Shown: piece by piece, positions 16,811-26,908 of the stretch | Numbering within the stretch: position 1 is the first letter of the stretch | How the letters are laid out: every line of letters starts with the position of its first letter | Translations under genes and position numbers: made by a program | The notes under the pieces: generated by a model | What the model was told of the DNA's origin: nothing | Seen by the model: the letters and a program-made list of their open reading frames with translations, nothing else | Databases searched by the model: none | From: an uncultured Rhodobacteraceae bacterium | GTDB taxonomy: Bacteria; Pseudomonadota; Alphaproteobacteria; Rhodobacterales; Rhodobacteraceae | Reading direction: 5' to 3' | DNA: 64,000 nt | Assembly: GCA_951812615.1 (NCBI GenBank) | Contig: CATOSU010000007.1 | Coordinates: 41,751 to 105,750, forward strand

Positions 16811-18556
16811 ATGAACCTATTTGCCGAAATTCGCGCGCTGGTGCTCGGTGCGTTGCAGCAGATGCAGGCGCAGGGCGACCTGCCCGAAGGGCTGAGCTTT
16901 GACAACGTCGCGGTTGAACCGCCCCGCGACCCGGCACATGGGGACATGGCCACGAACGCGGCGATGGTTCTGGCGAAACCGGCCCGGATGAAACCGCGTG
17001 ACATTGCCGAAAAACTGGCCGCGCTGCTGGCTGCGGACGCACGGATTACCTCCGCCGAAGTGGCCGGTCCGGGCTTTCTGAATCTGCGTCTGGCCGATAC
17101 CGCGTGGCAGGGTGTGCTGCGGGCGATTCTTGAGACCGGCACCGCCTATGGCCGGTCGCAGATGGGGCAGGGCGCCCGTGTGAACGTTGAATTCGTCTCG
17201 GCCAACCCGACCGGGCCCTTGCATGTGGGCCACACCCGCGGCGCCGTGTTCGGCGACGCGCTGGCGGCGCTGCTGGATTTTGCCGGCTATGACGTCACCC
17301 GCGAATATTACATCAATGACGGCGGCGCTCAGGTCGACGTGCTGGCGCGGTCAGTCTACCTGCGCTACCTCGAAGCGCACGGACAGGATGTGGCCTTCGA
17401 GGACGGCACCTATCCCGGCGATTACCTGATCCCCGTGGGCGAGGCGCTGAAAGACAAGGTCGGCGACGCCTATCTGGATGAGCCTGAAGAGGTTTGGTTG
17501 TCCGAGATCCGGGATTTCGCCACCGACGCGATGATGGACCTGATCCGGGACGATCTGGCCCGGCTCGGGGTGAAGATGGACGTGTTCTTCTCTGAAAAAT
17601 CGCTCTATGGCACCGGGCTGATCGAGGCCGCGATCGAGGCGTTGCAGGATCGGGGCCTGATCTATACCGGCGTTCTGGAACCGCCCAAGGGCAAAAAGCC
17701 CGAGGATTGGGAACCACGCGAACAGACGCTGTTCAAATCCACCGAACATGGCGATGACGTGGACCGTCCGATCATGAAGTCCGATGGCAGCTGGACTTAT
17801 TTCACCCCGGATATCGCGTATCATTTCGATAAAGTTTCCAGAGGGTTCGACGCACTTATTGATGTATTCGGTGCCGATCACGGCGGTTATGTGAAGCGGA
17901 TGAAGGCGGCGGTTTCGGCGCTGAGCGACGGCCGGGTGCCGCTGGATATCAAGCTGACCCAGCTGGTGAAACTCTACAAAAACGGCGAACCGTTCAAGAT
18001 GTCGAAACGCGCGGGCACCTTCGTGACCCTGCGCGACGTGGTCGATCAGGTCGGGCCGGACGTGGCCCGCTTTGTGATGCTCACGCGCAAGAACGACGCC
18101 TCGCTGGATTTCGATTTCGACAAGGTGCTGGAACAAAGCCGCGAAAACCCGGTCTTCTACGTGCAATACGCCCATGCCCGCGTGATGAGCGTGCTGCGCC
18201 GCGCGGCCGAGGCTGGCATGGATGCCGGTGACGATGTTCTGGCCGCCGCGGATCTGGGCGGGATCACCCACGAGGCCGAGCTGGCGGTGGCCCGCAAGCT
18301 GGCGGAATGGCCGCGGCTGGTCGAGATCGCGGCGCGCACAAACGAACCGCATCGCGTGGCCTTCTACCTCTATGAACTGGCCGGTGATTTCCACGCGCTC
18401 TGGAACCGCGGCAACGAACTGCCCGAGCTGCGCTTCCTTCAGGATGACGGCGCCGCCGCCAGCCAGCCGAAAATCGCCCTTGCCCGGGCCGTTTCCGTTG
18501 TCATTTCCGCCGGGCTTGGTATTCTTGGCGTAGAACCGGCGCAGGAGATGCGGTGA
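16811..18556 (+). CDS. argS: arginine--tRNA ligase
   Basis: ORF trimmed to the ATG at 16811 ([11 protein letters not shown]). HIGH-type motif ([12 protein letters not shown]) and the KMSKR-like MSKRAG. Confidence 0.95.
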   Translation: MNLFAEIRALVLGALQQMQAQGDLPEGLSFDNVAVEPPRDPAHGDMATNAAMVLAKPARMKPRDIAEKLAALLAADARITSAEVAGPGFLNLRLADTAWQGVLRAILETGTAYGRSQMGQGARVNVEFVSANPTGPLHVGHTRGAVFGDALAALLDFAGYDVTREYYINDGGAQVDVLARSVYLRYLEAHGQDVAFEDGTYPGDYLIPVGEALKDKVGDAYLDEPEEVWLSEIRDFATDAMMDLIRDDLARLGVKMDVFFSEKSLYGTGLIEAAIEALQDRGLIYTGVLEPPKGKKPEDWEPREQTLFKSTEHGDDVDRPIMKSDGSWTYFTPDIAYHFDKVSRGFDALIDVFGADHGGYVKRMKAAVSALSDGRVPLDIKLTQLVKLYKNGEPFKMSKRAGTFVTLRDVVDQVGPDVARFVMLTRKNDASLDFDFDKVLEQSRENPVFYVQYAHARVMSVLRRAAEAGMDAGDDVLAAADLGGITHEAELAVARKLAEWPRLVEIAARTNEPHRVAFYLYELAGDFHALWNRGNELPELRFLQDDGAAASQPKIALARAVSVVISAGLGILGVEPAQEMR

Positions 18557-18633
18557 CAAACCGCCCGAGACCGCCGGACTGAGGCAGAACAAGAACCCGG
18601 CTGCGTCCGCGCAGATCGGGCAGTGAGGCGGAC

Positions 18634-19635
18634 ATGGCAGAGATCGACTACGCGCAGGGCGGAACCCCTGCGCCGGAACGGGCAAATCTCTCGACCCTCG
18701 TGAACATCGCCGGCGCGGTGATGTCTCTGGCGCTGTTGGTGGGCGTCGGCATCTGGGGATACAAGTTGCTGGCGCGCGATGTGACCGGGGTACCGGTGGT
18801 GCGCGCTGTCGAGGGGCCGATGCGGATACAGCCGGCGGAACCGGGCGGCGAGCCGGCAGACCATCAGGGTCTGGCCGTCAATGACGTGGCTGCGCGCGGC
18901 AGCGCTGCGGCCCCGGCCGACCGTCTGGTACTGGCGCCGCAGCCCGTGCGCCTGATGGACGAGGATCAGCCGTCGGGCGAAGTTGCCACCGAGGCCGCCG
19001 TGACGGAAACGCCGGCCCCGCTGCGCGCCGATCCCGGCGTCGCTGCGCTGGTCGAGCAGCTGACCGAAGGGGTCGAGCCGATGCTGCCCTCCGGCGATGA
19101 TGCCCCGACGCCGGTTGTTGCCCTTCTGGAACAGCCGCTGCTGACCGAAGAGGATCCGGCAGAGGAACCCGAAACGCCGCCGGCAGACCCGGAAACCGCC
19201 GCGGATCCGGACCCGGCGCCGGAAGAGGACCAGGAAGACATCGCCGTTGCCATTGTCGATGGCCCCGGTGTGGCCCGGTCGCTGCGCCCGCGCGTGCGCC
19301 CGGATCGGTCCGACGTCGCCACCGTCGATCCTGTTGCCGCCGTGGTCAGCTCGGTTCTGGACGTCGACCCCGACACCCTGCCGGCCGGCACGCGGCTGGC
19401 ACAGCTCGGGGCCTATGACAGCGCCGAGGTTGCGCGCACTGAATGGGACCGCATCAACGGGCGTTTCGCCGACTACATGGAAGGCAAACAGCGGGTCATT
19501 CAAAAGGCATCGAGCGGCGGGCGCACCTTCTACCGCCTGCGCGCCATGGGGTTCGAGGACCTGAGCGACGCCCGACGGTTCTGCGCCGTGCTGGTGGCCG
19601 ACAACGCCGATTGCATCCCGGTGACAACAAGGTGA
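18634..19635 (+). CDS. SPOR domain-containing protein
   Basis: One N-terminal TM segment, a Pro/Glu/Asp-rich linker and a C-terminal SPOR fold sequence (AQLGAYDSAEVARTEW...FYRLRAMGFED). Confidence 0.85.
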   Translation: MAEIDYAQGGTPAPERANLSTLVNIAGAVMSLALLVGVGIWGYKLLARDVTGVPVVRAVEGPMRIQPAEPGGEPADHQGLAVNDVAARGSAAAPADRLVLAPQPVRLMDEDQPSGEVATEAAVTETPAPLRADPGVAALVEQLTEGVEPMLPSGDDAPTPVVALLEQPLLTEEDPAEEPETPPADPETAADPDPAPEEDQEDIAVAIVDGPGVARSLRPRVRPDRSDVATVDPVAAVVSSVLDVDPDTLPAGTRLAQLGAYDSAEVARTEWDRINGRFADYMEGKQRVIQKASSGGRTFYRLRAMGFEDLSDARRFCAVLVADNADCIPVTTR

Positions 19636-20636
19636 ATTTCGGTGCGACGATACTCGATGCCGAAGGGCTGCGCCTGACTGCGGAAGAAACCCGCCTGTTT
19701 CGCGACACCAACCCGTTCGGGTTCATCCTGTTTGCGCGCAATATCGGGACTGCCGACCAGATCCGGGCGCTCTGCGCCGACATGCGCGATGCGGTCGGGC
19801 GCGAGGCGCCGATCCTGATTGATCAGGAAGGCGGACGGGTTCAGCGGATCTGGTCGCCGATGGTGCGCAACTGGACGCCGCCGCTGGATTTTGTTGCGGC
19901 TGCCGGGGGCGGGGCCGAACGGGCCATGTACCTGCGCTACCGGCTGATCGCGGCAGAGCTGAGGGCATTGGGGATCGACGGCAATTGCGCGCCCTGCGCC
20001 GATCTGGCCGGGCCGCAGACGCATGAATTCCTGAAAAACCGCTGTTACGGCGACAGCCCGGACAGGGTTGGCGCGCTGTCGCGCGCGGTCGCACAGGGGT
20101 TGCTGGACGGTGGCGTGCTGCCGGTGGCCAAACATCTGCCGGGCCATGGCCGGGCGCATCTGGACACGCATTTCGACCTGCCGCGCGTTGCGGCCGGGAT
20201 CGGGGAACTGGGAGATACGGATTTCGCCGCCTTCCGGGCCGTGGCGGACCTGCCCATGGGCATGACCGCGCATGTGGTATATTCCGCCCTGTCGGATCAG
20301 GCCGCCACCGTGGCGCCCGAGGTGATCGGGGCGATCCGCACACAGATCGGCTTTGACGGGCTGTTGATGACGGATGACATTTCGATGAAGGCACTGCAGG
20401 GCAGGACCGAAGACCTTGCGCAGACCGCGCTGGCGGCGGGATGCGATGTGGTGCTGCTGTGCAATGCCACGCTGGCCGACCGGCAGGCCGTTGCGGCCGT
20501 GTCTGGTCCCATGACCGCTGCGGCGCAGAGCCGGGCCGAAGCCGCGCTGGCGGCACGTCACGACCCGGACCCGTTTGATATCGACGCCGCCGAGGCCGAA
20601 CTGGCCACCCTCACCGGGGGCCGGGCCTATGTCTGA
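19632..20636 (+). CDS. nagZ: beta-N-acetylhexosaminidase
   Basis: ORF 19443..20636, trimmed to the GTG at 19632, which overlaps the SPOR stop (GTGA). Motifs ILIDQEGGRVQR, KHLPGHG and TDDISM. Confidence 0.9.
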   Translation: MNFGATILDAEGLRLTAEETRLFRDTNPFGFILFARNIGTADQIRALCADMRDAVGREAPILIDQEGGRVQRIWSPMVRNWTPPLDFVAAAGGGAERAMYLRYRLIAAELRALGIDGNCAPCADLAGPQTHEFLKNRCYGDSPDRVGALSRAVAQGLLDGGVLPVAKHLPGHGRAHLDTHFDLPRVAAGIGELGDTDFAAFRAVADLPMGMTAHVVYSALSDQAATVAPEVIGAIRTQIGFDGLLMTDDISMKALQGRTEDLAQTALAAGCDVVLLCNATLADRQAVAAVSGPMTAAAQSRAEAALAARHDPDPFDIDAAEAELATLTGGRAYV

Positions 20637-21417
20637 CGACCTGTTTTGCGAGGACGCGATGTCGGTCAATGAACGGATGGCGGCCGAGGCGCTGATCGTG
20701 GATGTGGACGGCTACGAAGGCCCGCTTGATATCCTGCTGACGCTGGCGCGCACGCAGAAGGTGGACCTGCGCAAGATCTCGGTGCTGGAACTGGCGCATC
20801 AGTACCTTGGCTTTGTCGAGAAGGCCAAGGCGCTTCGCATCGAGCTGGCCGCCGATTACCTTGTCATGGCCGCGTGGCTGGCCTTCCTGAAATCGCGTCT
20901 TCTGTTGCCGCCGGACCCTGCGGACGAAGGCCCGTCGGGCGAGGAGCTGGCTGCGCATCTGGCGTTTCAGCTGGAACGGCTGCAGGCCATGCGCACCGCG
21001 TCGGCACAGCTGATGGCGCGGGACCGGCTGGGACGGGATTTCTTTGCCCGCGGGCAGGGCGAAGACGTGACCCGCATCCGCACCGTGCAACATACCGCGA
21101 CGCTTCTGGACCTGATGCAGGCCTATTCCCGGGTGCGCACGCGCGATGAATTCCGGCCCTACGTGATGGACCGCGATTCCATCTTCACGATGGAACAGGC
21201 GCTGGACCGGATGCGTGGCCTGATCGGGTTTTCCGGCAGCTGGGCCGACATGGCCAGCTATTTGCCCGAAGGCTGGGAAACCGACCCCAAGCGCCGCCGT
21301 TCGGCCACGGCCTCGACGCTCGCGGCAGCGCTGCAGCTGGCCAAGGAAGGCGTCATGGAAATCCGTCAGACGGACACGTTTGCCCCGATCCAGCTGCGCA
21401 AGAAGGAGGGCTCATGA
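20629..21417 (+). CDS. scpA: segregation and condensation protein A
   Basis: Trimmed to the ATG at 20629, which overlaps the end of nagZ. GPLDILLTLARTQKVDLRKISVLELAHQY is typical of ScpA. Confidence 0.9.
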   Translation: MSDDLFCEDAMSVNERMAAEALIVDVDGYEGPLDILLTLARTQKVDLRKISVLELAHQYLGFVEKAKALRIELAADYLVMAAWLAFLKSRLLLPPDPADEGPSGEELAAHLAFQLERLQAMRTASAQLMARDRLGRDFFARGQGEDVTRIRTVQHTATLLDLMQAYSRVRTRDEFRPYVMDRDSIFTMEQALDRMRGLIGFSGSWADMASYLPEGWETDPKRRRSATASTLAAALQLAKEGVMEIRQTDTFAPIQLRKKEGS

Positions 21418-22067
21418 GCGACGGCGACGAGACCGAGAGCCTTTTCGAAGCGCCCCCCATGGCCGAGCAGGAACGCATGGTCGAAGCCGTGCTGTTTGCC
21501 AGCGCGGAACCGGTCAGTGTGCGCGATCTGGAGGCGCGGATGCCGCATGGCTGCGACCCGACCGAGGCGTTGCAGCACCTGCGCCGGCGCTATGAAGGCC
21601 GGGGCGTTCAGGTGGTGCGGATCGGCGACGCCTGGGCGATCCGCACGGCGCCGGATCTCGGGTTCCTGATGCAGAAGGAAACCGTCGAAACCCGCAAGCT
21701 GAGCCGGGCGGCCATCGAAACGCTGGCGATCATCGCCTATCACCAGCCGGCGACGCGGGCCGAGATCGAGGAGATCCGCGGCGTATCGGTGTCGCGCGGC
21801 ACGATCGACCAGTTGCTGGAAATGGAGTGGATCCGGTTCGGGCGGCGCAAGATGACACCGGGGCGGCCGGTGACCTTTGTGGTGACGCCGGAGTTTCTGG
21901 ATCATTTCGGGCTGGAAACCGCGCGCGATCTGCCGGGGCTGAAGGAACTGCGCGCCGCCGGCCTGCTGGAAAACCGGCCGTTGCCGGGTGCGGAACCCGC
22001 TGGCGGCGACGAAGACGGCGAGGCCGACGGTCAGCCCGAGCTGTTCGAGGAGCCCGACGACGCGTAA
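21414..22067 (+). CDS. scpB: segregation and condensation protein B
   Basis: ATGA overlap with scpA. Winged-helix ScpB motifs (VEAVLFAS..PVS, ETLAIIAYHQP.TRAEIEEIRGV). Confidence 0.9.
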   Translation: MSDGDETESLFEAPPMAEQERMVEAVLFASAEPVSVRDLEARMPHGCDPTEALQHLRRRYEGRGVQVVRIGDAWAIRTAPDLGFLMQKETVETRKLSRAAIETLAIIAYHQPATRAEIEEIRGVSVSRGTIDQLLEMEWIRFGRRKMTPGRPVTFVVTPEFLDHFGLETARDLPGLKELRAAGLLENRPLPGAEPAGGDEDGEADGQPELFEEPDDA

Positions 22068-23056
22068 AGCCCGGGCACCAGCCCTTCGGCGGCGGCCTTG
22101 AGTGTGTCGCGGTCGGTGCCTGCTGGCATCGCGGTGCCGTAGATCACCGTGTAACGGTGCCCGAGCTTCGACAGCAATTCCCAGAAATAGCGCAGCGATC
22201 CGATCATCGCGCCGAAATGCGGATTGCCGCCTGATAACCTGCGCGCCCATGCGCGGGTGCGGTAATACCCGTCGGAATTGCAGGCGTTCAGGGCCGCGGG
22301 CACGATTGCGGCACCGGTTTCCTTTGACAGTTCGGTCGGGCCGCCGCGCCATTCCGGTTCGGTCAGGTGCCCGGCTTGCCGGTCGGCAACCCGGCCCGAG
22401 CCGAAAATCAGCACCGCGCCGCCGCCGTCAAGGTGATCGATGATGTTCTGCCGGATGCTGCGGGCATGGGTGGCGCGGTTTTCTTTGCTGATCCGCACCG
22501 GAATGATCAGGTCCGGGCCCAGAAACCGTTCGGTTTCCTGATTGGCGACGACGCGGATATCAGGGCGGACCTGATGCAGGATCTTCATATGCGCGCAGAA
22601 CTCGAACAGGCCGGTGGGATGGGTGGCCGCGATCAGCACCGGTCCGGTTTTCGGCACATTGTCCAGCCCCTGCGCTTCGAACTCGGTGCCGCCCTCCAGC
22701 GACATGACCCGGTTCAGCAGGTCGATGCCCTGCAGGCCCTGAACCTGCCGCAGGATGTCTTCGCTCTCGCGCATCGCAAAGAAAGGGCGCCCGCTGAACA
22801 GCCGGCTGACCGCGTCGCCGGTGGCCAGCGCGGCGCGGATCGCGGCAATGGTGAACCGCCCGCGGGATTTCAGGTGCAACCGGTCGCGCAGGATTTCGTC
22901 GAGCGGTCGGGACGTGTCGGATGCTTCAGGAATGGGCGGATACCTTGCCAATATCTCCGGGCGGAACGGTTGACGGTTGGACCTGCCGCTTTTTTGCCCT
23001 ATTTTGATGCTACGCGTCACGCGAGCAGAAATAAAGGGGGCCGAAATGGGCGCCAA
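22031..23056 (-). CDS. acyltransferase-like protein (PlsC/lysophospholipid acyltransferase-like); start uncertain
   Basis: Has an HxxxxE/D-like block (ATHPTGLFEF) and a FGSGR block. The annotated TTG at 23056 would overlap the divergent gene start, so the alternative GTG at 23020 or TTG at 22951 is possible. Its 3' end overlaps scpB by 37 nt. Confidence 0.55.
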   Translation of the reverse strand: MAPISAPFISARVTRSIKIGQKSGRSNRQPFRPEILARYPPIPEASDTSRPLDEILRDRLHLKSRGRFTIAAIRAALATGDAVSRLFSGRPFFAMRESEDILRQVQGLQGIDLLNRVMSLEGGTEFEAQGLDNVPKTGPVLIAATHPTGLFEFCAHMKILHQVRPDIRVVANQETERFLGPDLIIPVRISKENRATHARSIRQNIIDHLDGGGAVLIFGSGRVADRQAGHLTEPEWRGGPTELSKETGAAIVPAALNACNSDGYYRTRAWARRLSGGNPHFGAMIGSLRYFWELLSKLGHRYTVIYGTAMPAGTDRDTLKAAAEGLVPGLYASSGSSNSSG

Positions 23057-23333
23057 TCAGATCGCGAATATGGTCATGAAGATCTTCATGCGCAAAGCGA
23101 TTTCTAAGGGCATGGACATGGGCTTCAGCGCCGTGTCCAAGCAGGGTGGCGGAAACCGTCGCGCGCAGCAGCAGCAGATCCATGACGACATGGACTACGA
23201 CAGTGAGGTGCCGCAAAAACGGCAACTGACCCCGGAAGAAAAGCGCCAGCGTCAGGAAGTACGCCGCGCCCGCCGTGCCGCCCGTCAGGCAAAGCAGGCG
23301 ATGAAAGTAAGCGGACGCGCAACGCGGATGTAA
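23046..23333 (+). CDS. small basic hypothetical protein (95 aa)
   Basis: ATG at 23046 with an AAGGGGG Shine-Dalgarno sequence 6 nt upstream. The C-terminal half is Arg/Lys/Gln-rich. Confidence 0.5.
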   Translation: MGANQIANMVMKIFMRKAISKGMDMGFSAVSKQGGGNRRAQQQQIHDDMDYDSEVPQKRQLTPEEKRQRQEVRRARRAARQAKQAMKVSGRATRM

Positions 23334-23390
23334 GCACCGCGGACCGCTCGCCGGGCCGTTTCTGACAAAGACCTGAACCGCCGCGCGGTC

Positions 23391-24473
23391 TTATGCAGGC
23401 GCGCGGAAATGCTTGCTGAGCTTGAGCCCCTGACCCTGATAGTTCGAGGCCAGATCCGCGCCGTACAGCATTTGCGGCACTTCGGACATGCGTTCATAGA
23501 CCAGCCGCCCGACAACCTGCCCATGTTCCAGCACGAACGGTGCTTCGTGGCACCGCACCTCCAGCACGCCGCGCGATCCGGCCCCGCCGGCGCCTGCATG
23601 GCCGAAACCCGGATCGAAGAACCCGGCGTAATGCACGCGAAACTCTCCCACCATGGCAAGATAGGGCGCCATCTCGGCGGCATAGGCGGGCGGAATATGC
23701 ACCGCCTCGCGGCTGACCAGGATGTAGAACGCGCCGGGGTCCAGAATGATGCGCCCATTGGCGCTGCGGACATCTTCCCAGTATTCGGTCGGGTCATAGT
23801 GGCCGATCCTGTCCAGATCGATTACCCCGGTGTGTGGTTTCGCCCGGAACCCGACCAGATCCGTATCGCCGGGCTGCAGATCCACCGAAAAGCCCAGACC
23901 GTCCTGAATGACCACCTCGCCGTCCACCAGCGGTGTGTCGTCATGCAGCGCCCGCAATTCGGGATCGCTCAGCACCGCCTGGCCCTGACGGAACCGGATC
24001 TGGTTCAACCGCATACCGGGCCGCACAAGCACCGAGAAAGAGCGCGGGCAGATCTCGGCATAAAGCGGACCGGTATAGCCCGGCGGCACCCGGTCAAACT
24101 CGGTCCCGCCATCGATGATCACCCGGGTCAGCAGATCCAGCCGCCCGGTGGAGCTTTTGGCATTGGCCACCGCTGACACCGCCCCGGGCAGGGCCAGCGA
24201 TTCCTGCAACGGCACAAGATAGACACAGCCCTTTTCCAGAACCGCGCCCCTGTCGGAAATGTCGATCCGGTGCATTTCGAACTCTGACAGCCGGTTCAGA
24301 ACGCTCTGTCCCTGTCCGGCCAGAAAGGATGCCCGGACCCGGTAAGCGACCGATCCAAGGCGCAAATCAAGACTCGCGGGCTGTATCTGGCCTTCGGTCA
24401 GCGGAGCATCGGGGGCAATCGCCCCGCGGTCGACCATGTCGGCGATCTGGCGGTCCGAGCTGACACCGATCAT
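23391..24473 (-). CDS. 2'-deoxycytidine 5'-triphosphate deaminase (long, double-domain form)
   Basis: About 360-aa dCTP-deaminase-like protein (IQPASLDLRLG ...). The ATG at 24473 is preferred over the TTG at 24479. Confidence 0.8.
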   Translation of the reverse strand: MIGVSSDRQIADMVDRGAIAPDAPLTEGQIQPASLDLRLGSVAYRVRASFLAGQGQSVLNRLSEFEMHRIDISDRGAVLEKGCVYLVPLQESLALPGAVSAVANAKSSTGRLDLLTRVIIDGGTEFDRVPPGYTGPLYAEICPRSFSVLVRPGMRLNQIRFRQGQAVLSDPELRALHDDTPLVDGEVVIQDGLGFSVDLQPGDTDLVGFRAKPHTGVIDLDRIGHYDPTEYWEDVRSANGRIILDPGAFYILVSREAVHIPPAYAAEMAPYLAMVGEFRVHYAGFFDPGFGHAGAGGAGSRGVLEVRCHEAPFVLEHGQVVGRLVYERMSEVPQMLYGADLASNYQGQGLKLSKHFRAPA

Positions 24474-24501
24474 CGGCAACCTTCTGACATCGGAAAGAAT
24501 T

Positions 24502-24578
24502 TGGTCGGGCTAGCAGGACTCGAACCTGCGACCTTCCGTCCCCCAGACGGACGCGCTACCAGGCTGCGCCATAGCCCG
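24502..24578 (-). tRNA. tRNA-Pro (anticodon GGG)
   Basis: The reverse complement CGGGCTATGGCGCAGCCTGGTAGCGCGTCCGTCTGGGGGACGGAAGGTCGCAGGTTCGAGTCCTGCTAGCCCGACCA folds as a cloverleaf. It has a 7-bp acceptor stem, anticodon loop CTGGGGA, TPsiC GGTTCGAGTCC and an encoded CCA. Confidence 0.9.
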
Positions 24579-24667
24579 AACAATGCGGGGCGAATGATGT
24601 CCCGCGATGGACCGCCTTCATAGCGGTTTTGATCCGGGGAGCAAGAGGGAATCAGGGCCACGCCGGT

Positions 24668-25504
24668 TCAGGTCGGGCCGGATCCGGCGCTCTGTTCCAG
24701 CCGGGCGCGAATCTCTGCCGCCACGGCGCTCAGCAAATCGACGCTGGCCGGCGGCAACCGGTCCAGTGCGGCCAGTTGCCCCAACGCACCGGGCGCGACC
24801 TGCAATTCGGCTTCGGGTGGCGGATCGGGCGCGTCGACGACACGGGCGCGCGGCGGTCCGGCTTCAACCTCGGGTTCCGGCTCCGGTTCGGGCTCCGGTT
24901 CCGGCTCGGGCCGGGCAGAGCGGTGCAGGAATGACGGCAGTTTCGGTTCGTCGGGCAGTTCGTCGAACAGGTCCGGTTCCCCGCTGGCGGTTTCGGGTTC
25001 CGGCTCGGGCTCCGGTGCAGGTTCTGGCTCCGGCTCGGGGGCGAGCTCCGGCGCGGGCGGTTCGGCGGCGGCCGGTTCTTCCGGGCTGGGCTCCGGCGCG
25101 GCGCGGCGCGCTTTCCGGCTCTGGAATGTCACCACGTTGGGGGTCTCTTCGGCCTCCGGCGCGGCATCGTCGGTCACGGATTCGGTGGCGCTTGCCTCGA
25201 TCACATCTGCCTCGGGCGCGGCCTCATCCTCCAGCGCCCGGGAAAGTGAAGAAACGTGTTCAACCCCTTTTTCCCTAAGGATTTTCTGCACGCCCTTGAT
25301 GGTCATTCCCTCGTCGTGCAGCAGGGTCTTGATGCCGCCGATCAGCAGCATGTCGGCAGGTCGGTAATACCGTCGCCCGCCGGCGCGTTTGACCGGTTTG
25401 ACATGGCTGAACTTGCTTTCCCAGAATCGCAACACATGGGCCTGTACGTTCAGCCAGTCCGCCACTTCGCTGATGGTGCGGAATGCGTCGGGCGCCTTTT
25501 TCAT
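24668..25504 (-). CDS. MerR family transcriptional regulator with a long Pro/Glu-repeat linker
   Basis: N-terminal MerR HTH ([25 protein letters not shown]). The mid-region contains [16 protein letters not shown] and [14 protein letters not shown] runs. It lies directly downstream of ihfA. Confidence 0.85.
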   Translation of the reverse strand: MKKAPDAFRTISEVADWLNVQAHVLRFWESKFSHVKPVKRAGGRRYYRPADMLLIGGIKTLLHDEGMTIKGVQKILREKGVEHVSSLSRALEDEAAPEADVIEASATESVTDDAAPEAEETPNVVTFQSRKARRAAPEPSPEEPAAAEPPAPELAPEPEPEPAPEPEPEPETASGEPDLFDELPDEPKLPSFLHRSARPEPEPEPEPEPEPEVEAGPPRARVVDAPDPPPEAELQVAPGALGQLAALDRLPPASVDLLSAVAAEIRARLEQSAGSGPT

Positions 25505-25513
25505 CGGTGCAGC

Positions 25514-25822
25514 CTAGCGTTTGTTACCAGCCGCGACGCGGTCTTTCATCAGATGGGACGGGCGGAAAGTCAGAACCCGGCGCGGCTGAATCGGGACCTC
25601 TTCACCGGTTTTCGGATTGCGGCCCATGCGCGCGGATTTATCGCGCACGCTGAACGTGCCGAAAGAAGAGATCTTGACCTGTTCACCGCGCACCAATGCA
25701 TCGGAAATATGTTCCAGCATGGTTTCAACCAATTGGGCGCTTTCATTCCGCGAAAGTCCCACCTCGCGAAAAACGGCCTCGCTCAGATCCATGCGAGTCA
25801 GAGTTTTCGAGCTCATTGTCAT
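25514..25822 (-). CDS. ihfA: integration host factor subunit alpha
   Basis: [10 protein letters not shown]...[30 protein letters not shown]. Confidence 0.95.
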   Translation of the reverse strand: MTMSSKTLTRMDLSEAVFREVGLSRNESAQLVETMLEHISDALVRGEQVKISSFGTFSVRDKSARMGRNPKTGEEVPIQPRRVLTFRPSHLMKDRVAAGNKR

Positions 25823-25914
25823 CCCCGTTGTTTTGGCAAGGATACGGGGTGCGGTTTCAGGCTGTCAATCTACAAGAATTGCAATGGCTTGGTTCCGCTG
25901 ATTGATGCGTGAGA

Positions 25915-26886
25915 TCACCAGCGCAAAATCACCGAACCCCAGGCCAGACCGCCACCGATCGCCTCGGTCACCAGAAGATCACCCGGCTTGATCTGTCCGC
26001 GCTCACATCCGACCGACAACGCCAGCGGGATCGACGCGGCAGAAGTGTTGCCGTGATCCTGAACCGTCACCACCACCCGGTCCATGCCGACGCCCATCTT
26101 CTTGGCCGTGCCCTTGATGATGCGGATATTGGCCTGATGCGGTACGATCCAGTCGACATCGGCGCTGGTCAGCCCGGCCTTTTCCAGTGCCGTTTCGGCC
26201 GTGGCCGTCAGTTTCTCGATGGCGTGGCGGAACACCTGATTGCCCTGCATGCGCAGATAGCCAGTGGTCCGGGTGCTGACCCCGCCATCGACATAAAGCA
26301 GGTCACGGTAGCGGCCGTCGGAATGCAGATCGGTCGCCAAAATGCCGCGGTCGTCCGATGTGCCGGTTCCGTCCTGCGCCTCCAGCACCAGCGCGCCGGC
26401 GCCGTCCCCGAACAGAACGCAGGTGCTGCGATCGGTCCAGTCCATGATTCGCGAAAATGTTTCGGCGCCGATCACCAGAACCCGCCGGGCCTGTCCCGAC
26501 ACGATCAGTGCATTGGCATTGGACAGCGCATAGACGAACCCGGCACAGACCGCCTGAACGTCAAAAGCAAAGCCCTGTGTGATGCCCAGTTCGGACTGCA
26601 CCATCGTGGCGGCGGAGGGGAAGGTGTAGTCCGCGGTTGACGTGGCCAGGATGATCGCGTCGATATCCTGCGGCCCGCACCCGGCCCGGTCCATCGCGGT
26701 CCGCGCAGCAGCGGTCGCCATCGTCGAGGTGGTTTCATCTTCGGCGGCGAAATGGCGGCGTTCGATTCCGCTGCGGGTGCGGATCCATTCGTCTGACGTT
26801 TCCAGAGTGCTTTCGAATTCAGAATTCGGCACGACCCTGGCCGGAAGAAAATGTCCGACACCTGTCACGACTGCCCGGGGTTGCAT
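25915..26886 (-). CDS. fabH: beta-ketoacyl-ACP synthase III
   Basis: Active-site context AVCAGF, HQANIRI and GGGLAWG. Classic plsX-fabH neighbourhood. Confidence 0.95.
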   Translation of the reverse strand: MQPRAVVTGVGHFLPARVVPNSEFESTLETSDEWIRTRSGIERRHFAAEDETTSTMATAAARTAMDRAGCGPQDIDAIILATSTADYTFPSAATMVQSELGITQGFAFDVQAVCAGFVYALSNANALIVSGQARRVLVIGAETFSRIMDWTDRSTCVLFGDGAGALVLEAQDGTGTSDDRGILATDLHSDGRYRDLLYVDGGVSTRTTGYLRMQGNQVFRHAIEKLTATAETALEKAGLTSADVDWIVPHQANIRIIKGTAKKMGVGMDRVVVTVQDHGNTSAASIPLALSVGCERGQIKPGDLLVTEAIGGGLAWGSVILRW

Positions 26887-26908
26887 ATTATTGTTTTACC
26901 TATCGTTG

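Noticed and set aside
22031-22067. A 37-nt convergent overlap between scpB and the acyltransferase-like gene, as a possible antisense regulatory feature.
   Set aside because: Short 3'-3' overlaps are common in compact high-GC genomes, and no additional structure was seen. It is noted only in the feature evidence.
24502-24578. tRNA-Pro as the integration site of a genomic island.
   Set aside because: Both flanks are housekeeping genes (a dCTP deaminase-like gene and the MerR/ihfA pair). I found no integrase and no direct repeat of the tRNA 3' end nearby.
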